A stretch of 64,000 nucleotides of DNA from an uncultured Alphaproteobacteria bacterium (GCA_963696255.1 CAVOJN010000004.1:266836-330835); one strand, 5' to 3'. Shown: positions 11,814 to 22,271, counted from the first letter of the stretch. The notes: generated by a model not told the origin, from the sequence alone. Made by a program: numbers and translations.

Positions 11814-13637
11814 TCACACCGGCGCCGTCGCCACGTCCAGCCAGAGCCGGTCGCTCTCGTCGAGCTGCATGCGCACGATGCCGCGCACGCGGGCATGGTA
11901 GGCGTTGAGCCAGTCGCGCTCGAGCGGACTGAGCATCGCAACCTCGATCAGCCGGCGGTCGATCGGCGCGAAGGTCAGCGTCTCGAACGCGTTCATCGGC
12001 TTCTCCGCGCCGCCAACGTCGGCTGATGTCACCAGTTCCAGGTTCTCGATGCGGATGCCGAAAGCATCGGTCTTGTAGTAGCCGGGCTCGTTGGACAGGA
12101 TCATGCCGCGCTTGAGCGGCGTGGTGCCGAGCTTGGAAATCCGCGCCGGCCCTTCATGCACGGAGAGATAGCTGCCGACGCCATGGCCGGTGCCGTGCTC
12201 GAAGTCGATGCCGGCCTGCCACAGGAATTGCCGTGACAGCGTGTCGAGCTGCGCGCCTGACGTGCCATCCGGAAAAATTGCTCGCGCGATCGCGATATGG
12301 CCGCGCAGCACGCGGGTGAAGCGGTCGCGCTGCTCCGCGGTCGGCGCGCCCACCGCGATGGTGCGGGTGACGTCGGTGGTGCCGTCCTCATATTGCGCGC
12401 CGGAATCGATCAGCAGGAGATCGCCCGGCGCGATCCGCCGGTTGCTCTTGCGGGTGACGCGGTAATGCACGATGGCGCCGTTCGGCCCGGTGCCGGCGAT
12501 GGTGGGGAAGGAGACATCCTTCAGCGCGCCGGTATCGCGGCGGAAGGTCTCCAGCGCTTCCACCGCATCGATCTCGGTGAGACCGCCCTTCGGCGCCTCG
12601 CGGTCGATCCAGGCGAGGAAGCGCGCCAGCGCCACCGCGTCGCGACGGTGCGCGGACCGCGTGCCTTCGATCTCGGTCGTGTTCTTTACGGCCTTGAGGA
12701 GCGCGATGGGATCGCTGCCGCGCAGCGGCTTGCCGCCGGCCTCCGTGATCAGGCGGCTCAGCGCGTCGGCGGCCGTGGCGTTGTCGAGCGCAATGGTGCC
12801 GCCTGATCTGGCAAGCTCCATGAGCTGCGGCGTCATCTGGTCGGGCTCGCAGACATCGGCCGATTGTTCGAGATGGTCGCGGGTGAGGTTGGAGAGTTTG
12901 CGGTGGTCGATGAAGACGGTGGGCCGGCCGTCCTTCGGCACCAGCGCATAGGACAGCGGCAGCGGCGTGTGCGCGACATCGGCCCCGCGGATGTTGAATG
13001 TCCAGGCCACGGCGTGGCTGTCCGACAGCACCAGCGCCTGCGCGCCGAGCTTGGCGATCTCGGCGCGGATGCGGCCGAGCTTGGCGGCCTCCGCCTCGCC
13101 TGCATAGCCGGGACCATGGATGGAAACCGGCGCGACCGGCGGCGGCGGCCGCTCGGTCCAGATCGCATCGACCGGATTGCTCTCGACGGCCACGAGCTCG
13201 GCGCCCGCCTTGGCGCAGGCCGCGGCCAGCCGCTCGGCCGCGGCTGAGGTATGTAGCCAGGGGTCGAAACCGAGCCGGTCGCCCTTGGCGAGATGGCCCG
13301 TGATCCAGTGCTCGGGCGGCGGTTCGATCAGCGATTCGACCGTCCAGGCCTTGCCGTCAACCTGCTTGGCGGCCTGCAGCGTATAGCGGCCGTCGACGAA
13401 GATCGCGGCGTCCTGCGCCAGCACCACGGCCATTCCGGCCGAGCCGGTAAAGCCTGTCAGCCAGGCCAGCCGCTCCTCCGACGGGGCGACATATTCATTC
13501 TGCTGCTGGTCGGCGCGCGGGATGACAAAGCCCGAGAGCTTCCGGCGCGCCAGTTCTTCGCGAAGGGCCGATAGCCGCGCGGTCAGCGCCACCCCGCCTT
13601 CGGGTTCCTCAAAGGTCTGAAAATGAGCTTCGAACAT
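11814..13637 (-). CDS. Xaa-Pro aminopeptidase (M24B, aminopeptidase P family)
   Basis: WLTGFTGSAG, FVDGRY, LIDSGAQY.DGTTDVTRT, HGTGHGVG, VHEGP, SNEPGYY, GIRIEN. Confidence 0.95.
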   Translation of the reverse strand: MFEAHFQTFEEPEGGVALTARLSALREELARRKLSGFVIPRADQQQNEYVAPSEERLAWLTGFTGSAGMAVVLAQDAAIFVDGRYTLQAAKQVDGKAWTVESLIEPPPEHWITGHLAKGDRLGFDPWLHTSAAAERLAAACAKAGAELVAVESNPVDAIWTERPPPPVAPVSIHGPGYAGEAEAAKLGRIRAEIAKLGAQALVLSDSHAVAWTFNIRGADVAHTPLPLSYALVPKDGRPTVFIDHRKLSNLTRDHLEQSADVCEPDQMTPQLMELARSGGTIALDNATAADALSRLITEAGGKPLRGSDPIALLKAVKNTTEIEGTRSAHRRDAVALARFLAWIDREAPKGGLTEIDAVEALETFRRDTGALKDVSFPTIAGTGPNGAIVHYRVTRKSNRRIAPGDLLLIDSGAQYEDGTTDVTRTIAVGAPTAEQRDRFTRVLRGHIAIARAIFPDGTSGAQLDTLSRQFLWQAGIDFEHGTGHGVGSYLSVHEGPARISKLGTTPLKRGMILSNEPGYYKTDAFGIRIENLELVTSADVGGAEKPMNAFETLTFAPIDRRLIEVAMLSPLERDWLNAYHARVRGIVRMQLDESDRLWLDVATAPV

Positions 13638-13665
13638 CGTCCTCGTACTTTAGGTGCATACAGGC

Positions 13666-13738
13666 TAACGCATGATCCGGAAAAGTGTGAAGCGGTTTTC
13701 CGAAAAGATCATGCGCAAACAAGATGCTAAAGCGCGAT
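13666..13738. repeat. GCATGATC...GATCATGC rhizobial palindromic repeat (Bru-RS/RIME-like)
   Basis: CGCATGATC-CGGAAAAGTGTGAAGCGGTTTTCCG-AAAA-GATCATGCG nested inverted repeats; a related copy lies at 41435. Confidence 0.75.
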
Positions 13739-13925
13739 CTCGTTTCGTCCTAAGGTAATCACGCGTTAGCCGGCAATGTGACGGAATTGGATAAAGGCGG
13801 CGTGCCCAAAGAATCCGCTTGCAATCAAGCGGATGGAGCGATTTGCTGTGGTGCAGCGGACATCCAACGAGATGACGTGGGGGAAATTTCAAGGAGTGTC
13901 TCAACTCGGCAGCGAGGGGATACTC

Positions 13926-14114
13926 ATGCCTGCGTTTTCCTTTGAGAAGCTTTCGCCGCCGGCGCCCGTCGCGGCAGCAACATCGACTCCCAAGGAATCC
14001 ACCGGGAAATCCGACAGCACGACCAGCGAGACCGCCAGCAGGAAGCCGCGCGGCGTCATCGTTCAGGTCCTGGGCCGTATTGCCGAAGCGCGCGCCAGGC
14101 GCAGCCGGAAGTAA
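13926..14114 (+). CDS. Small hypothetical protein (62 aa)
   Basis: GAGGGGA RBS before ATG 13926; MPAFSFEKLSPP...RKPRGVIVQVLGRIAEARARRSRK fills the gap between flanking genes. Confidence 0.55.
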   Translation: MPAFSFEKLSPPAPVAAATSTPKESTGKSDSTTSETASRKPRGVIVQVLGRIAEARARRSRK

Positions 14115-14153
14115 CCAGCGGCTTCCGCTCATCCCTCATCCGGCCGGCCGCTT

Positions 14154-15053
14154 TCAAGAGGTGGCGCGCAACAAAAGGCTGCTCCAGCCCTCGATCCTGA
14201 GATGACGCTGCGGCACCAGCCCGCGCGCGCGATAGGCGGCCATCACGGCCGGCGCCTGGTGATTCAGCAATCCCGACAGGATCACGAAGGCCCGCGGCGC
14301 GAGATGCCGGGACATTGGCCCGGCGAGCTGACGCAGCGGATTGGCGAGAATATTGGCCAGGACCAGGCCGAACGGTCCGTGCCTTGCAAATTCCGGCGCG
14401 GAGAAGCCGGTGGCGCGGATCGCCTGCACATGACGGCCGGTGCCGTTGAGCCGCGCATTGTCGCGGGCCACGCCGACGGAAGGCGCATCGATGTCTGACG
14501 CGAGCACGGTCCGGCGCATCGCCTTGGCCGCTGCGATCGCCAGCACGCCGGTGCCGGTGCCGAGGTCGAGCACGCGGACAGGCCGGTAGGCCTTCAGCAC
14601 GTGATCGAGCAGGAGCAGGCAGCCGCGGGTCGTGCCGTGATGGCCGGTGCCAAAGGCGAGCGCCGCCTCGATCTCGATGCCGAGCTTGTTCGCCGCCACG
14701 CGGGGGCGGTCGTGCGCGCCATGCACGACAAAACGCCCCGCCGGGACCGGAACCAGATCCGCAAGGCTTGCCTTGACCCAATCCCTGGCTTCGACCGTGT
14801 CGAATGCGATGCCGGCAGCGGCGTCCTCGCCGGCGGCGTTGGCGATGAGCTGGCGCAACAGCGCCTGATCCGGCGCCTCGGCAAAATGCACCGTGACGTC
14901 CCAGCGCCCGTCCGGCCGTTCGAAGGCGGCGACCGCCGCCTCGCCCTCGAAGAAGATCTCGGTCAGCGCATCGGCAACGCGTCTGGCCGCCTGCTCGTCG
15001 CCGATGGCGACAGAGGCACGATGGGTGGCGGGGGTCAGAATGGGGGTGTTCAC
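14154..15053 (-). CDS. prmA: Ribosomal protein L11 methyltransferase
   Basis: LAFGTGHHGTT, VLDLGTGTGVLAIA, SDID, VLANILA, ILSGLL. Confidence 0.93.
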   Translation of the reverse strand: MNTPILTPATHRASVAIGDEQAARRVADALTEIFFEGEAAVAAFERPDGRWDVTVHFAEAPDQALLRQLIANAAGEDAAAGIAFDTVEARDWVKASLADLVPVPAGRFVVHGAHDRPRVAANKLGIEIEAALAFGTGHHGTTRGCLLLLDHVLKAYRPVRVLDLGTGTGVLAIAAAKAMRRTVLASDIDAPSVGVARDNARLNGTGRHVQAIRATGFSAPEFARHGPFGLVLANILANPLRQLAGPMSRHLAPRAFVILSGLLNHQAPAVMAAYRARGLVPQRHLRIEGWSSLLLRATS

Positions 15054-15112
15054 AGGCTTTCAACCCGGTATACACCGGCTCTCAAAAGTTCAGAGTCGGA
15101 TGCATACAGGGA

Positions 15113-15246
15113 TTTTCCACTGCTTGGATGCCTAATTTTCCACTAACGAACCGCATCGTTGCCCACAGCCGATAAACCGGCATTTGAGCTCGCTGCCGGC
15201 GGCTTATCCACAGTGGTCGGCCTGCAAAACCAACAGCTTATGCACA
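15113..15246 (+). promoter_or_regulatory. Cluster of DnaA-box-like sequences
   Basis: TTATCCACA (15204-15212) and TTATGCACA (15238-15246) match TTWTNCACA; TTTTCCACT at 15113 and 15136; TTGCCCACA at 15159; all in the same orientation. Confidence 0.55.
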
Positions 15247-15420
15247 GCTGTGGAGGCAGCGGCCCGCGCCTGCAGTGGGCTAGCTCCGATCGAATTTTAA
15301 AAGCAATTCCGCGGCAGTTTACCGGAACTTTGCAAGTTCAGGATTCACCGGACTTTAGATGATGGACCGTAGTTTTGCGGGTGCCGGCGATGATCCGGCT
15401 GAATTTCCATGGAGGCGGAG

Positions 15421-15585
15421 TTGAAGGGTCTTATCCAGAAGTTTTTGGCCGATCAGTCCGGTGCGACGGCGATCGAATATGGTCTGATTGCAGCCGGCAT
15501 CTCGCTCGCGATTATCGCTGTCGTGAACGGCCTGGGCACCAGCCTGAACGACAAGTTCACGTCGATCTCGTCCTCGCTCAAGTAA
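15421..15585 (+). CDS. Flp/Tad type IVb pilin (54 aa; absent from the ORF track)
   Basis: GGAGG RBS then TTG start: MKGLIQKFLADQSG|ATAIEYGLIAAGISLAIIAVVNGLGTSLNDKFTSISSSLK; G|xxxxEY Flp motif. Confidence 0.93.
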   Translation: MKGLIQKFLADQSGATAIEYGLIAAGISLAIIAVVNGLGTSLNDKFTSISSSLK

Positions 15586-15641
15586 ACCTGTTCGGCGCCT
15601 GCCTCCCGAAGGAAAGGCGCCGCGGCATCCGGCTTGCGTCT

Positions 15642-15678
15642 AAGAGACCCGCGTGGCTCTGCCACGCGGGTCTCTTTT
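15642..15678 (+). terminator. Intrinsic terminator after the pilin gene
   Basis: AAGAGACCCGCGTGGC-TCT-GCCACGCGGGTCTCTT perfect stem followed by TT. Confidence 0.8.
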
Positions 15679-15772
15679 GCGAAACGCCACGCAATTGCTG
15701 GTGTAAACGACCGCAATCGCAGCGGAAATCTCATGCCTCGCCACAGGTTTTCTACAGCCTGTCCACTTGATA

Positions 15773-17380
15773 TCAACGGCTTGCAAACAGGGCGCGGTGG
15801 TCGGCCAGGATCGTCCTGGCCGCGTTGTGGCCGGGTGCGCCGGTGACGCCGCCGCCGGGATGAGCGCCGGAACCACAGTGATAGAGGCCGCTCAGCGGCC
15901 CGCGATAGTCAGCATGACCCAGCATCGGACGCGCCGAGAACAGCTGGTTCAGCGTCAGCGCGCCGTGGAAGATGTCGCCGCCGAGCAGGCCGAATTGCCG
16001 CTCGAGGTCGAGCGGGGAGAGGATCTGCCGGCCGACAACGCCTGCCGCAAATCCGGGCGCGAAGCGATCCACCGTGGCGATCATGAGGTCGGCGACCTCT
16101 TCGCGGTGATCGTCCCAGGATCTGCCGTCCGGCAATTCCGGAGCGACATGCTGACAGAACAGGCTCGCGACATGCGCGCCCTGCGGCGCAAGGGACTCGT
16201 CGAGCGTGGAGGGAATCAGCACCTCCACCACGGGCGCGCGGCTCCAGCCATGATCGCGCGCGTCCTGAAAGGCGCGGTCCATGTAGCCGAGGCTGGGGCC
16301 GAGGATGATGCCCGCGGTAAGATGATCGCCTTCGCCCGGCAGCGCCGTGAAGGAGGGCAGGGCGGAGAGGGCCACATTCATCCGGAATGTGCCTGAGCCG
16401 TTGCGCCAGCGCTGCATCCGCGCCAGGAAATTGTCAGGGAGCGCCTGCGCCGGCACCAGCTGCGTATAGAGCAACTTCGGATTGACGCCGGAGACGACGT
16501 ATTTCGCGCGAATGGTCTCGCCGTTGTCCAGCACGACACCGGCCGCGCGATCGCGCTCCACGATCACCTCGCGCACGCCAGCCTCGAGCTGGATCTCGGC
16601 GCCGGCCGCGCGCGCCGCCCGCGCCATGGCCTGCGTGATGGCGCCCATGCCGCCGATGGCGTGACCCCAGACGCCCTTCTTGCCGTTCACCTCGCCGAAG
16701 GCATGGTGCAGCATCACATAGGCCGAACCGGGCGCGTAGGGGCTCGCATAATTGCCGACGATGGCATCGAAGCCGAACAGCGCCTTTACGAGGTCGTTCT
16801 CGAAGCGCTCGTCGAGCATGTCGCCGGCCGAGCGGGTGAACAGGTCGAGCAGATCGCGCTGCTGTTCCAGCGAGAGGCTTCGCAGGATATTCGCGGTCCC
16901 CATCGCATTGAACGCCTCGCGGATCGCGCCCACGCCAAAACCCTGGACCAGGTTCGGCGGCGCGCGCAGCACGAACTGCCGCAGCACGTCGGCGATCGCT
17001 TCCAGCTCGCGGGAGAAACCCTCGATTGCCGCCGCGTCATGCGCGCTGAGCCGCGCCACCGAGGCGTGGGTGCGGCCTTCGCCGGTCAGGAGATAGCTGC
17101 CATCGTGGGCGGGGAGGAAATTCTGGGCGCGGCGCTCGACGATGTCGAGGCCGTGTTCGGCAAGGGCGAGATCGGCGATGATCTTCGGATTGAGCAGGCT
17201 CACCGTGTAGGCGGCGACCGAGTTGCGGAAGCCCGGATGGAATTCTTCGGTCACCGCGGCGCCGCCGGCCACCTTGCGCCGCTCCACGACGCGCACGCGC
17301 AGGCCCGCGCGCGCCAGGTAGGCCGCGCAGGTGAGGCCGTTATGGCCCGCTCCGATGATGACGACATCCGTCTCTGTCAT
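15773..17380 (-). CDS. FAD-dependent oxidoreductase, phytoene dehydrogenase-like (PYROXD2-like)
   Basis: IIGAGHNGL Rossmann motif, GGAAVTEE.HPGF, GGMGAI, GDIFHG, LYHCGSGAHPGGGVTGAPG; start MTETDV at 17380. Confidence 0.88.
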   Translation of the reverse strand: MTETDVVIIGAGHNGLTCAAYLARAGLRVRVVERRKVAGGAAVTEEFHPGFRNSVAAYTVSLLNPKIIADLALAEHGLDIVERRAQNFLPAHDGSYLLTGEGRTHASVARLSAHDAAAIEGFSRELEAIADVLRQFVLRAPPNLVQGFGVGAIREAFNAMGTANILRSLSLEQQRDLLDLFTRSAGDMLDERFENDLVKALFGFDAIVGNYASPYAPGSAYVMLHHAFGEVNGKKGVWGHAIGGMGAITQAMARAARAAGAEIQLEAGVREVIVERDRAAGVVLDNGETIRAKYVVSGVNPKLLYTQLVPAQALPDNFLARMQRWRNGSGTFRMNVALSALPSFTALPGEGDHLTAGIILGPSLGYMDRAFQDARDHGWSRAPVVEVLIPSTLDESLAPQGAHVASLFCQHVAPELPDGRSWDDHREEVADLMIATVDRFAPGFAAGVVGRQILSPLDLERQFGLLGGDIFHGALTLNQLFSARPMLGHADYRGPLSGLYHCGSGAHPGGGVTGAPGHNAARTILADHRALFASR

Positions 17381-17410
17381 GCCGCGTTCAAATAAGAAGT
17401 TATCAATGCC

Positions 17411-17492
17411 TGTCATTCCGGGATGGTCCGAAGGACCAGACCCGGAATCCCGAGATTCCGGGTTCGCCTCTTCGAGGCGCCCCGGAATGACG
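17411..17492. repeat. TGTC/CGTC REP-like doublet
   Basis: TGTCATTCCGGGA-TGGTCC-GAA-GGACCA-GACCCGGAATCCCGAGATTCCGGGTT-CGCCTC-TTC-GAGGCG-CCCCGGAATGACG. Confidence 0.93.
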
Positions 17493-17669
17493 TGAGTTAC
17501 ATAGCGAACTCGCGCAACCCAGCACAGCGCGAAGTGAAGGGATGGTAAGCTTGCCCCGCATTGCCCGGGCTGTCGCCATGTGCTCCATTCCGGCCCGCCC
17601 GGCGACCGCCGGGGAGAAAGCCGGAATGCCCAAGCCGGAATGCCCGAGAGTACGCTGAAGAGTTCGCAA

Positions 17670-19974
17670 ATGAATTCGTCGATGAGTTCGTCCGCCGCCG
17701 CCATCGCTCAGCCAGCTGCGACGGAGCAGCCCAGTCAGGCGCGCAACCGCCTCGTGCTGGTGGTCTATACCTCGGCGATCTTCGTCAGCGCGCTGCTGTT
17801 GTTCTCGGTGCAGCCCCTGTTCACCAAGATGGTGCTGCCGCGGCTCGGCGGCTCGCCCGCGGTGTGGTCGGTGGCGATGGTGTTCTTCCAGTCGCTGCTG
17901 CTCGCGGGCTACGCCTATGCGCATTTCCTGATGCAGATCAGAAACCGCGCGATCCCGGTCGGGGTGCATCTACTGCTGCTTTGCGCGGCGATTGCTGACG
18001 CTGCCGCTTGCGATCGCGATCTCATGGGGGGAGCCGCCGACATCAGGCTATGCGTTCTGGCTGCTCGGGCTGTTTGCGGTCTCGATCGGCCTGCCGTTCT
18101 TCGCGCTGGCGGCGAACAATCCGCTGCTACAGGCCTGGTTCGTGCGCACCGGTCATCCCGACGGTCCCGATCCCTATTTCCTCTATGCGTCGTCCAACAT
18201 CGGCAGCTTTCTCGCGCTCCTGTCCTATCCCGTACTGCTGGAGCCGGTGTTCGCGCTGCGCATGCAGAACCTGATATGGACCGGCGGCTATGGGCTGCTG
18301 ATCGTGCTGATCGCGGCCTGCGGCACGCTCCTGCTGAGTTCGCCGGCGCGCGAGGCGGCCGATCGCGAGACCGAGGAGACGACGGCTCCGGCGCCGCCCT
18401 GGATGCTGCGCGCGCGCTGGATCTTTCTCGCGGCCGTGCCGTCGGGACTCCTGATCGCGGTGACCGCGCATATCTCGACCGATGTCGCGGCTGCGCCGCT
18501 GCTCTGGGTCCTGCCGCTGTCGCTCTATCTTTTGACCTGGGTGCTGGTGTTCCAGTCGCGCCCGCTGCTGCCGCACAAATGGATGCTGATGGTTCAGCCG
18601 CTGGCGATTGCCGGCGTGATCGTGCTGCTCGCGGTCGGCGGCGAACAGAATCTGCTGCTGACGCTCGGCGGGCACCAGGTGTGCTTCTTCCTGATCGCGA
18701 TGGCCTGCCATGGCGAGCTGGCGCGGACGCGGCCGGCCGCGAAATACCTCACCGGCTTCTATGTCGCGTTGTCCTTTGGCGGCATGGTCGGCGGTCTGTT
18801 CGCCGGGCTGATCGCGCCATTCTTGTTCAGCTGGATCGCGGAATACCCGATCCTGCTGGCGCTCGCCGCGTTGTGCCGTCCGGCGTCGGAGGAACGATGG
18901 CCCGCCTTGAGCCGCTGGTACTGGCCCTTGCTCGCGGCGTTCGCGGTCGCGCTGATCGTGCCGGCCTGGTTTCAGGAGCAGATATCGTCATGGCTTCTGG
19001 ATCATCGCGTTTGGGTCGCGAGCTCGGTCGGCGTGCTCGCCGCTTTCATCACGCTCGGTTTCAATGTCAGCCGCTGGAAGACGTTTGCCGCCGCGGCGGT
19101 CGCGCTGGCGCTGATCCGCATCTACCCTGCCGACGAAGGGCGGGTGGTGACGGCACGCAGCTTCTTCGGCGTCCACAAGATCGTCATCACGCCGCGCGGC
19201 CAGTATCACGTGCTGATGCACGGCACAACGATCCATGGCGCGCAGAAATTCCTCAACGCCGACGGCTCGCCCGTTACCGGCCGGCCCGAGCCGATCAGCT
19301 ACTACCACAGGGATGGCGGCATCGGCCGCGCCATCACCGCGATCCGGGAGCGCAAGGGCGCGCCGCTGCGCGTGGCCGTGATCGGGGTCGGCTCCGGGAC
19401 GCTGACCTGCGCCGCAGAGCCCGGTGAAGACTGGAAGTTCTTCGATATCGACCAGACCATGGTCGATACCGCGAAGGACCCGAAATATTTCACCTACTTT
19501 CAGAACTGCGCGCCCGGTGTAAAGCCGGTGATCGGCGACGCGCGGCTCACCTTCGCCAGGGAGCCGGACGGCCTCTATGACCTCATCATCGTCGATGCCT
19601 ATTCGTCGGACGCGATCCCGATTCATCTCGCGACACAGGAGGCGATGAAGATCTACAAGGACAAGCTCGCGCCGCAGGGTGCGGTGGTGATGCACGTCTC
19701 CAACCGGCATCTCGAGCTGGAAAGCGTCGTGGTCGGCATTGCGGATGCCAACGACCTCAAGAGCTGGGTCTATAACGAGGATTCCGGCCGCGACGACGAG
19801 TACATCTTCTCGACCGACGTCGTGGTGTCCGCACGCGAGGAGGCCGATGTCGGCAGCCTCGCCTCGTCGGACAAATGGACGGAGACCGAGCCGACCGAAG
19901 GGCAAAGGGTCTGGACCGACGACTATTCCAACATTCTCGGCGCGGTTTACCGCCGCCTGCGCGAAGCGGAATAG
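17670..19974 (+). CDS. Fused membrane protein / spermidine synthase-like SAM domain; +1 frameshift near 17990
   Basis: N-part LLFSVQPLFTKMVLPRLGGSPAVWS joins ORF 17992-19974 (PYFLYASSNIGS, HGTTIHG, IGVGSG, GDAR, VDAYSSDAIP, WTDDYSN). Start codon uncertain. Confidence 0.85.
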
Positions 19975-20003
19975 CGGATCGCCGCCAGCGCGGTAATGTC
20001 CAT

Positions 20004-20843
20004 TCAGTTTTTGTTTTGCGCAGCCGGTGCGGGCGGCGCCGCCGCCGTCAAAAGCGGTATCGACGGCGTCGCCCCTTCATCCTCGTCCAGGAACGCTTGC
20101 ACCTTTGCCTGGATCGATTCCTTGACATTGTCCGGCCCGCGGTCGCTCAGCCAATTGTGCTGAAATTCGGTCTTGACCACGGTGATCCCTGCCTTCGCGC
20201 AGGTCTCGTCGTCGGGCACCACGCCGGGATCGGCCTTGAACACCGGATCCTTGGAGCGGAAGGACAGGATCTTGACCTTGCCGTCCGTCAGGAACGGCAC
20301 CCGCAGATTGTCGAGCGTCACCACCTTCTTGACCATGTCCGGATGCAGCTTGGCGAAATACATCGAGATGTCGCCGCCGTTGGAATGCCCGATCAGTGTG
20401 AGGTGGCGATAATCGGCGTTCGGATACTGCTTCTTCAGGTTTTCGATCGCGAACATGATGTTGAAGATGCCGCGGTTATATTGCATGCGGCGGCCGACAT
20501 ATTCCTCGCCGGCTTTGGTCACCATCGGATCGTCGGTGTCGAGATCGTGCTGGATGCTGACCACCATGTAGCCGCGGGCGGCAAACAGATTGGAGAGGAA
20601 CGAATATTCGGTGTTCTTGACCGTATTGCCGTGGCTGAGGACGGCGACCGGCAGTTCGATCATGTCCGCCATGGCTTCCATTTCGCGGTCGCGTCGCACC
20701 GCGATGTCGATGGAGACGGGACGGTCCTCGCGCAGCACGTCATTGAAGGTGAGCGTGGCGTGACGGATGGCCCATTTGCTGGCGCCGAAGTAAGCGATGG
20801 TCGCAAGCGAACAAATGCCTAAAACAATAAAGGGCCGTTTCAT
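20004..20843 (-). CDS. Exported alpha/beta hydrolase
   Basis: N-terminal hydrophobic anchor, VLSHG, LIGHSNGG nucleophile elbow. Confidence 0.8.
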   Translation of the reverse strand: MKRPFIVLGICSLATIAYFGASKWAIRHATLTFNDVLREDRPVSIDIAVRRDREMEAMADMIELPVAVLSHGNTVKNTEYSFLSNLFAARGYMVVSIQHDLDTDDPMVTKAGEEYVGRRMQYNRGIFNIMFAIENLKKQYPNADYRHLTLIGHSNGGDISMYFAKLHPDMVKKVVTLDNLRVPFLTDGKVKILSFRSKDPVFKADPGVVPDDETCAKAGITVVKTEFQHNWLSDRGPDNVKESIQAKVQAFLDEDEGATPSIPLLTAAAPPAPAAQNKN

Positions 20844-20987
20844 ACCGATCCCCAGACTTGAAATCGCGGCTGTCGGGAGCGTTATTGACGGCTTTCTTAA
20901 CAGTCGGATGACTGCCATATTTCGTGTCGATCACGATTGGTCGAGCAGTTGAATTCGCATGAGAATTTCCCGGGGAGGAGCAAGGCA

Positions 20988-22271
20988 ATGCGAATATCGC
21001 GCGCATGCGTGGCGTTGGCCGCGCTCATGATGTCGGGTCCGCCTGTATTGGCCGAAGATTTTCTTGCGGGCAAAAGGCTCTATGACGATGTCGGCCGCTA
21101 TGCGTCGTTCGGCACGCATCGTTTCGGCTCAGCCGGCGACAAGGCAACCACCGACTGGATCGCGGGCGAGTTGAAGGCGGCAGGGTTCAAGGTCGACTTC
21201 CAGCCGGTCGTGCTGGGGCGGCAATATTTTGTCGAGCGGGCCACGGCCGAGGCCCAGGGCAGCGCCGTCGAGGCGACGCCGTTCTGGTGGCCGCCCGAGG
21301 ACAAGGCATCGTTCCGCCTCACCGCGCCGCTCGCGCGCGACGGCGATGTCGTGGGCAAGATACTGATGGTCGATCTGCCCTTCGATCGCGGCGCCTATCT
21401 CGGTCCAAGCCATCGCGCGGCGATCGCGCAGGCCGCGGCGCGCGGTCCGGTGGCGATCCTGCTCATGATCGGCAATCCCGCCGACGATCGCTTTGCCTAC
21501 AATGTGACTCAGGAGGACAGCCCGTGGCCGGTGCCGGTGATGGTCGTCGCCGGAAAGGAGCGCGCCGTGTTCGAGCGGGCGCTCGCCGCAGGCGCATCTG
21601 TCAGCTTCGACGTTGCCGGGCACTATGAGCGCAACGTGGCCGGCCGCAATGTCGTCGCGCGTTTCGGCGGTGGCACAGGCAAGACGATCGTGGTGTCCAC
21701 GCCGATGACGGGCTGGTACAGCTGCGTATGCGAGCGCGGGCCCGGCATTGCCAATTTCATCGCGCTGGCCCGTACCGTCGCGGCGGAAAAGATTCCGGGC
21801 AATTTCATCTTCATCGCGACCGCCGGTCACGAGATCGGCCATGGCGGCATGGAGCTGTTTCTGAAGGACGGCGCGCCGTCTCCCGCCGAAACGCTGGCCT
21901 GGGTCCATTTCGGCTCGGCCAACGCCTGTTATGGCTGGAGCGAGGGACCTCAGGGCCCCGTGCGATCAGCCGAGCCCGAGACGGCGCGCGTTCTGGTCCT
22001 GAGCAAATCCGCGGTGGCGCTGTCCCGCGAGACTCTCGCTGCGGTCAAGGCCACACCGATGGTCGCCGAGCGCGAGGCCGTCGGCGAATTGCGCGACGTG
22101 CATGCGGCGGGCTATCCGAATTTTCTCGGTCTGGCCGGCCGTCACCGCTTCTTCCACACGCCGGCCGACGATGTCGCGTCCACGGGCCCTGATATCCTCG
22201 AACCGGTTGCGCGCGCCTTCACCGATGCCGTTCGCAGGATCAGCGCCCGCGGCGAGGATGCTTTCAGGTAG
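20988..22271 (+). CDS. Exported PA-domain / M28 peptidase-like protein
   Basis: Signal peptide, HRFGS.GD..T.DWI, NVVAR, ERGPG, TAGHEIGH, FHTPAD. Confidence 0.6.
   Translation: MRISRACVALAALMMSGPPVLAEDFLAGKRLYDDVGRYASFGTHRFGSAGDKATTDWIAGELKAAGFKVDFQPVVLGRQYFVERATAEAQGSAVEATPFWWPPEDKASFRLTAPLARDGDVVGKILMVDLPFDRGAYLGPSHRAAIAQAAARGPVAILLMIGNPADDRFAYNVTQEDSPWPVPVMVVAGKERAVFERALAAGASVSFDVAGHYERNVAGRNVVARFGGGTGKTIVVSTPMTGWYSCVCERGPGIANFIALARTVAAEKIPGNFIFIATAGHEIGHGGMELFLKDGAPSPAETLAWVHFGSANACYGWSEGPQGPVRSAEPETARVLVLSKSAVALSRETLAAVKATPMVAEREAVGELRDVHAAGYPNFLGLAGRHRFFHTPADDVASTGPDILEPVARAFTDAVRRISARGEDAFR

Noticed and set aside
15113-15300. Replication origin
   Set aside because: No hemE, dnaA, parAB or rep gene is nearby and there is no extended AT-rich unwinding element; retained only as a DnaA-box cluster.
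17381-17704. N-terminal extension of the phytoene dehydrogenase-like ORF
   Set aside because: It runs through a REP doublet and the divergent promoter region; the Rossmann fold begins at MTETDV (17380).
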